The notes under the pieces: generated by a model
What the model was told of the DNA's origin: nothing
Seen by the model: the letters and a program-made list of their open reading frames with translations, nothing else
Database searches by the model: none
Program-made: the position numbers and the translations under genes
In this document: in pieces, positions 43,473 to 45,464 of the stretch
Position numbering within the stretch: the stretch's first letter is position 1
Layout of the letters: every line of letters starts with the position of its first letter
Assembly (NCBI GenBank): GCA_031364965.1
Contig: JANLXF010000222.1
Coordinates: 1 to 45,464 of the forward strand
DNA: 45,464 nucleotides
From: Actinomycetes bacterium
GTDB lineage: Bacteria; Actinomycetota; UBA4738; HRBIN12
Direction: 5' to 3'

Positions 43473-45334
43473 GCGTCCGAGGAACCCGCGCCCCGCGGGA
43501 ACCGAAGATCGCCCTCCCGGCGCGTGACACCGCGGAGGTCGAACCATTCCAGCAGGGGCAGGGCGAACTTCCTGCTCGTGCCGAGCGCCTCGCGGAACGC
43601 GCTCACGGTCGTGCCGGTGGCTCCGGCTCCGCGTACGACGGACTCGGCTCTCGCGACGAATCCTGGCGTGAACACGAGCTCGGGCGAGACCCTGACGACC
43701 AGCCCGGCGCGAGCGGCGGCCTCGATCACGTCGCGGCCGACCCCGCTTGTCAGCAGCTCCTTGACCGTGGGGGGCGTCGACTCGCGTGCTCCGCCGACCA
43801 GCGCGAGCAGGCGCTCGACGTCGTCGGTTCGTTCGCCGAGCGCCACGCGATGACCGGGGAGCCGTACGGTGGCCGCGTTCCGTGCGACGTCTCCGCGGGT
43901 CGCGAGGTCATCGAGCAGCGCCTCGACCAGCACCGGATCACGCGGCGCGCCCGCGGCCACGAGCGCGTCGGCCACGGCGTCGCGCGCGCCGGATGCCGGC
44001 ATCCCCTCTTCCAGCGGATGAGCCGCGTGGAACGCCTCGAGCGCCCCCGAGAGCGCGCGTTCGACGGCGCCACCGAGGTCGTCACGGACGAACCACCCGC
44101 CAACCCGGGCCGCCGCGGCCGCCGGTGAGCCCGTGAGCACCAGTGCTTCGTCCGCACGGACCGCGCCGCGCTCCGCCGTGAGCAAACGCGGCAGGTCATC
44201 GCGGCGGGCGCCGGCGCGCGCGGCGAGCCGGAGGTGTGCGTCGCGGCCGGGGCGCGAAGGCGGGAACGGATCGAGGACCGTGCCGCCCCCCACCGTCTCG
44301 CGACGCCCGGCTTCTCGGAGCACGAAGCGATCGAAGGGGTCGAGCACGAGCGGACGCGTGAGCCGCACCCGGACGAAGGCTTCGCCTCCGGGATCGAGCT
44401 GCGTCGGACCCAGGAACCGGAGCGTCGCCCCGGCCTCCGCCGCGCCCGCGTGCACCATGAAGGCCCCTTTGCTCGTAACCGGGTGCTCCAACCCCCGCAC
44501 CGGCCTGACCACGGCGTCGAAGGTGGCCGTCGCCCGGCGGACCCCCACGGGACCGAGGACCTCTCCCCGCGCGAGCTCGGCACGATCGATCCCCGCGAGG
44601 TTCACGGCGACCCGGCTGACCGGGCACGCGCGTTCCTCGCTCTGCTCGTGGGTCTGCAACCCGCGGATCCGCGCGCGCATCCCCGAGGGGAGGAGCTCGA
44701 CGTCGTCACCGACCGCGAGACAGTCGCCCGCCAGGGTGCCGGTGACCACCGTTCCGGCTCCCTTGATCGTGAAGACGCGGTCGACGAAGAGCCTGGCGCG
44801 GCCGGGCTCGGGCTCGCCGGCCCCTGCGAGCATCGCGTCGAGGGCCGCGATCAACGTGCCGATCCCGTCGCCGGTGCGCGCCGAGACCGGCAGGATGGGC
44901 GCAGACGCCAGCGCGGTGCCGGCGAGCCGGTCGCGCACCTCGGCGTCGGCGAGCGCGAGCGTCTCGTCGTCGACGAGGTCCCGCTTCGTGAGGGCGACGA
45001 CACCCCCCGCGACGCCGAGCACGTCGAGGATCTCGAGGTGCTCTTCGGACTGGGGCATCCAGCCTTCGTCGGCCGCCACGACGAACAGCACGAGCCGTAC
45101 GGGGCCGACGCCCGCGAGCATGTTCCCGATGAACCGCTCGTGTCCGGGCACGTCGACGAACCCGGTCTCGCGCCCGCTCGGAAGCGTCGCCCAGGCGTAG
45201 CCGAGATCGATCGTGAGCCCGCGCCGCTTCTCCTCCACCAATCGATCGGGATCGATGCCGGTGATACGCGCGATCAGCGCCGACTTGCCGTGGTCGACGT
45301 GACCGGCGGTGGCGGCGACGCGGAGCTCGCCCAC
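43469..45334 (-). CDS. selB: Selenocysteine-specific elongation factor
   Basis: TAGHVDHGKS, RGLTIDLG, DVPGHE, TKRD; C-terminal winged helix SRKFALPLLEWFD...TRREGDLR. Confidence 0.95.
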   Translation of the reverse strand: MGELRVAATAGHVDHGKSALIARITGIDPDRLVEEKRRGLTIDLGYAWATLPSGRETGFVDVPGHERFIGNMLAGVGPVRLVLFVVAADEGWMPQSEEHLEILDVLGVAGGVVALTKRDLVDDETLALADAEVRDRLAGTALASAPILPVSARTGDGIGTLIAALDAMLAGAGEPEPGRARLFVDRVFTIKGAGTVVTGTLAGDCLAVGDDVELLPSGMRARIRGLQTHEQSEERACPVSRVAVNLAGIDRAELARGEVLGPVGVRRATATFDAVVRPVRGLEHPVTSKGAFMVHAGAAEAGATLRFLGPTQLDPGGEAFVRVRLTRPLVLDPFDRFVLREAGRRETVGGGTVLDPFPPSRPGRDAHLRLAARAGARRDDLPRLLTAERGAVRADEALVLTGSPAAAAARVGGWFVRDDLGGAVERALSGALEAFHAAHPLEEGMPASGARDAVADALVAAGAPRDPVLVEALLDDLATRGDVARNAATVRLPGHRVALGERTDDVERLLALVGGARESTPPTVKELLTSGVGRDVIEAAARAGLVVRVSPELVFTPGFVARAESVVRGAGATGTTVSAFREALGTSRKFALPLLEWFDLRGVTRREGDLRFPRGAGSSDA

Positions 45335-45338
45335 CGGG

Positions 45339-45464
45339 TCAGTCCTCGTCGAGGTCGTCGCCCTCGAGCGCGTACAGGAGCGCTCGGGCCAGGTGCGGCT
45401 CCTCAGTGGGCGCGACCGTGCGCAGGTCGAGCAGCACGGCGCCGTCCTCGACGCGGCAGAAGAC
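45339..45464 (-). CDS. selA: L-seryl-tRNA(Sec) selenium transferase, 3' end only
   Basis: Frame reads VFCRVEDGAVLLDLRTV...* (SelA C-terminal LLDLRT motif); stop 4 nt before selB. Confidence 0.8.
   Translation of the reverse strand, partial: VFCRVEDGAVLLDLRTVAPTEEPHLARALLYALEGDDLDED

Overview
High-GC actinomycetotal chromosome segment, probably from a deep-branching lineage given its large Alu-containing SRP RNA and selAB genes. The backbone follows the familiar actinobacterial order tadA - tRNA-Ser(CGA) - tRNA-Ser(GGA) - ffs - dnaX - recR ... ask - asd ... tRNA-Pro(CGG) - metallophosphoesterase - yqeY - ponA - whiB - ridA, and the window ends in selB and the 3' end of selA. Accessory genes include three ECF sigma/anti-sigma pairs, several GNATs and hydrolases, a standalone rpsD and a glutaredoxin-thioredoxin reductase fusion. 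The most notable element is a tight five-gene operon (23606-30258): fatty acyl reductase-HAD fusion, Zn dehydrogenase, divergent LarA-family protein, PlsC acyltransferase and TetR. Its promoter carries a palindromic operator, and it looks like a split, ether-lipid-like (elb-like) pathway. Other signals read directly from the sequence are a shared ECF promoter linking two distant genes, many leaderless TANNNT promoters (two ending 7 nt before mature tRNA 5' ends), a possible pseudoknot leader on rpsD and a perfect 19-bp tandem duplication over the rpsD stop. No transposase, integrase, prophage or CRISPR array was seen. Product calls come from motif recognition, not database searches.
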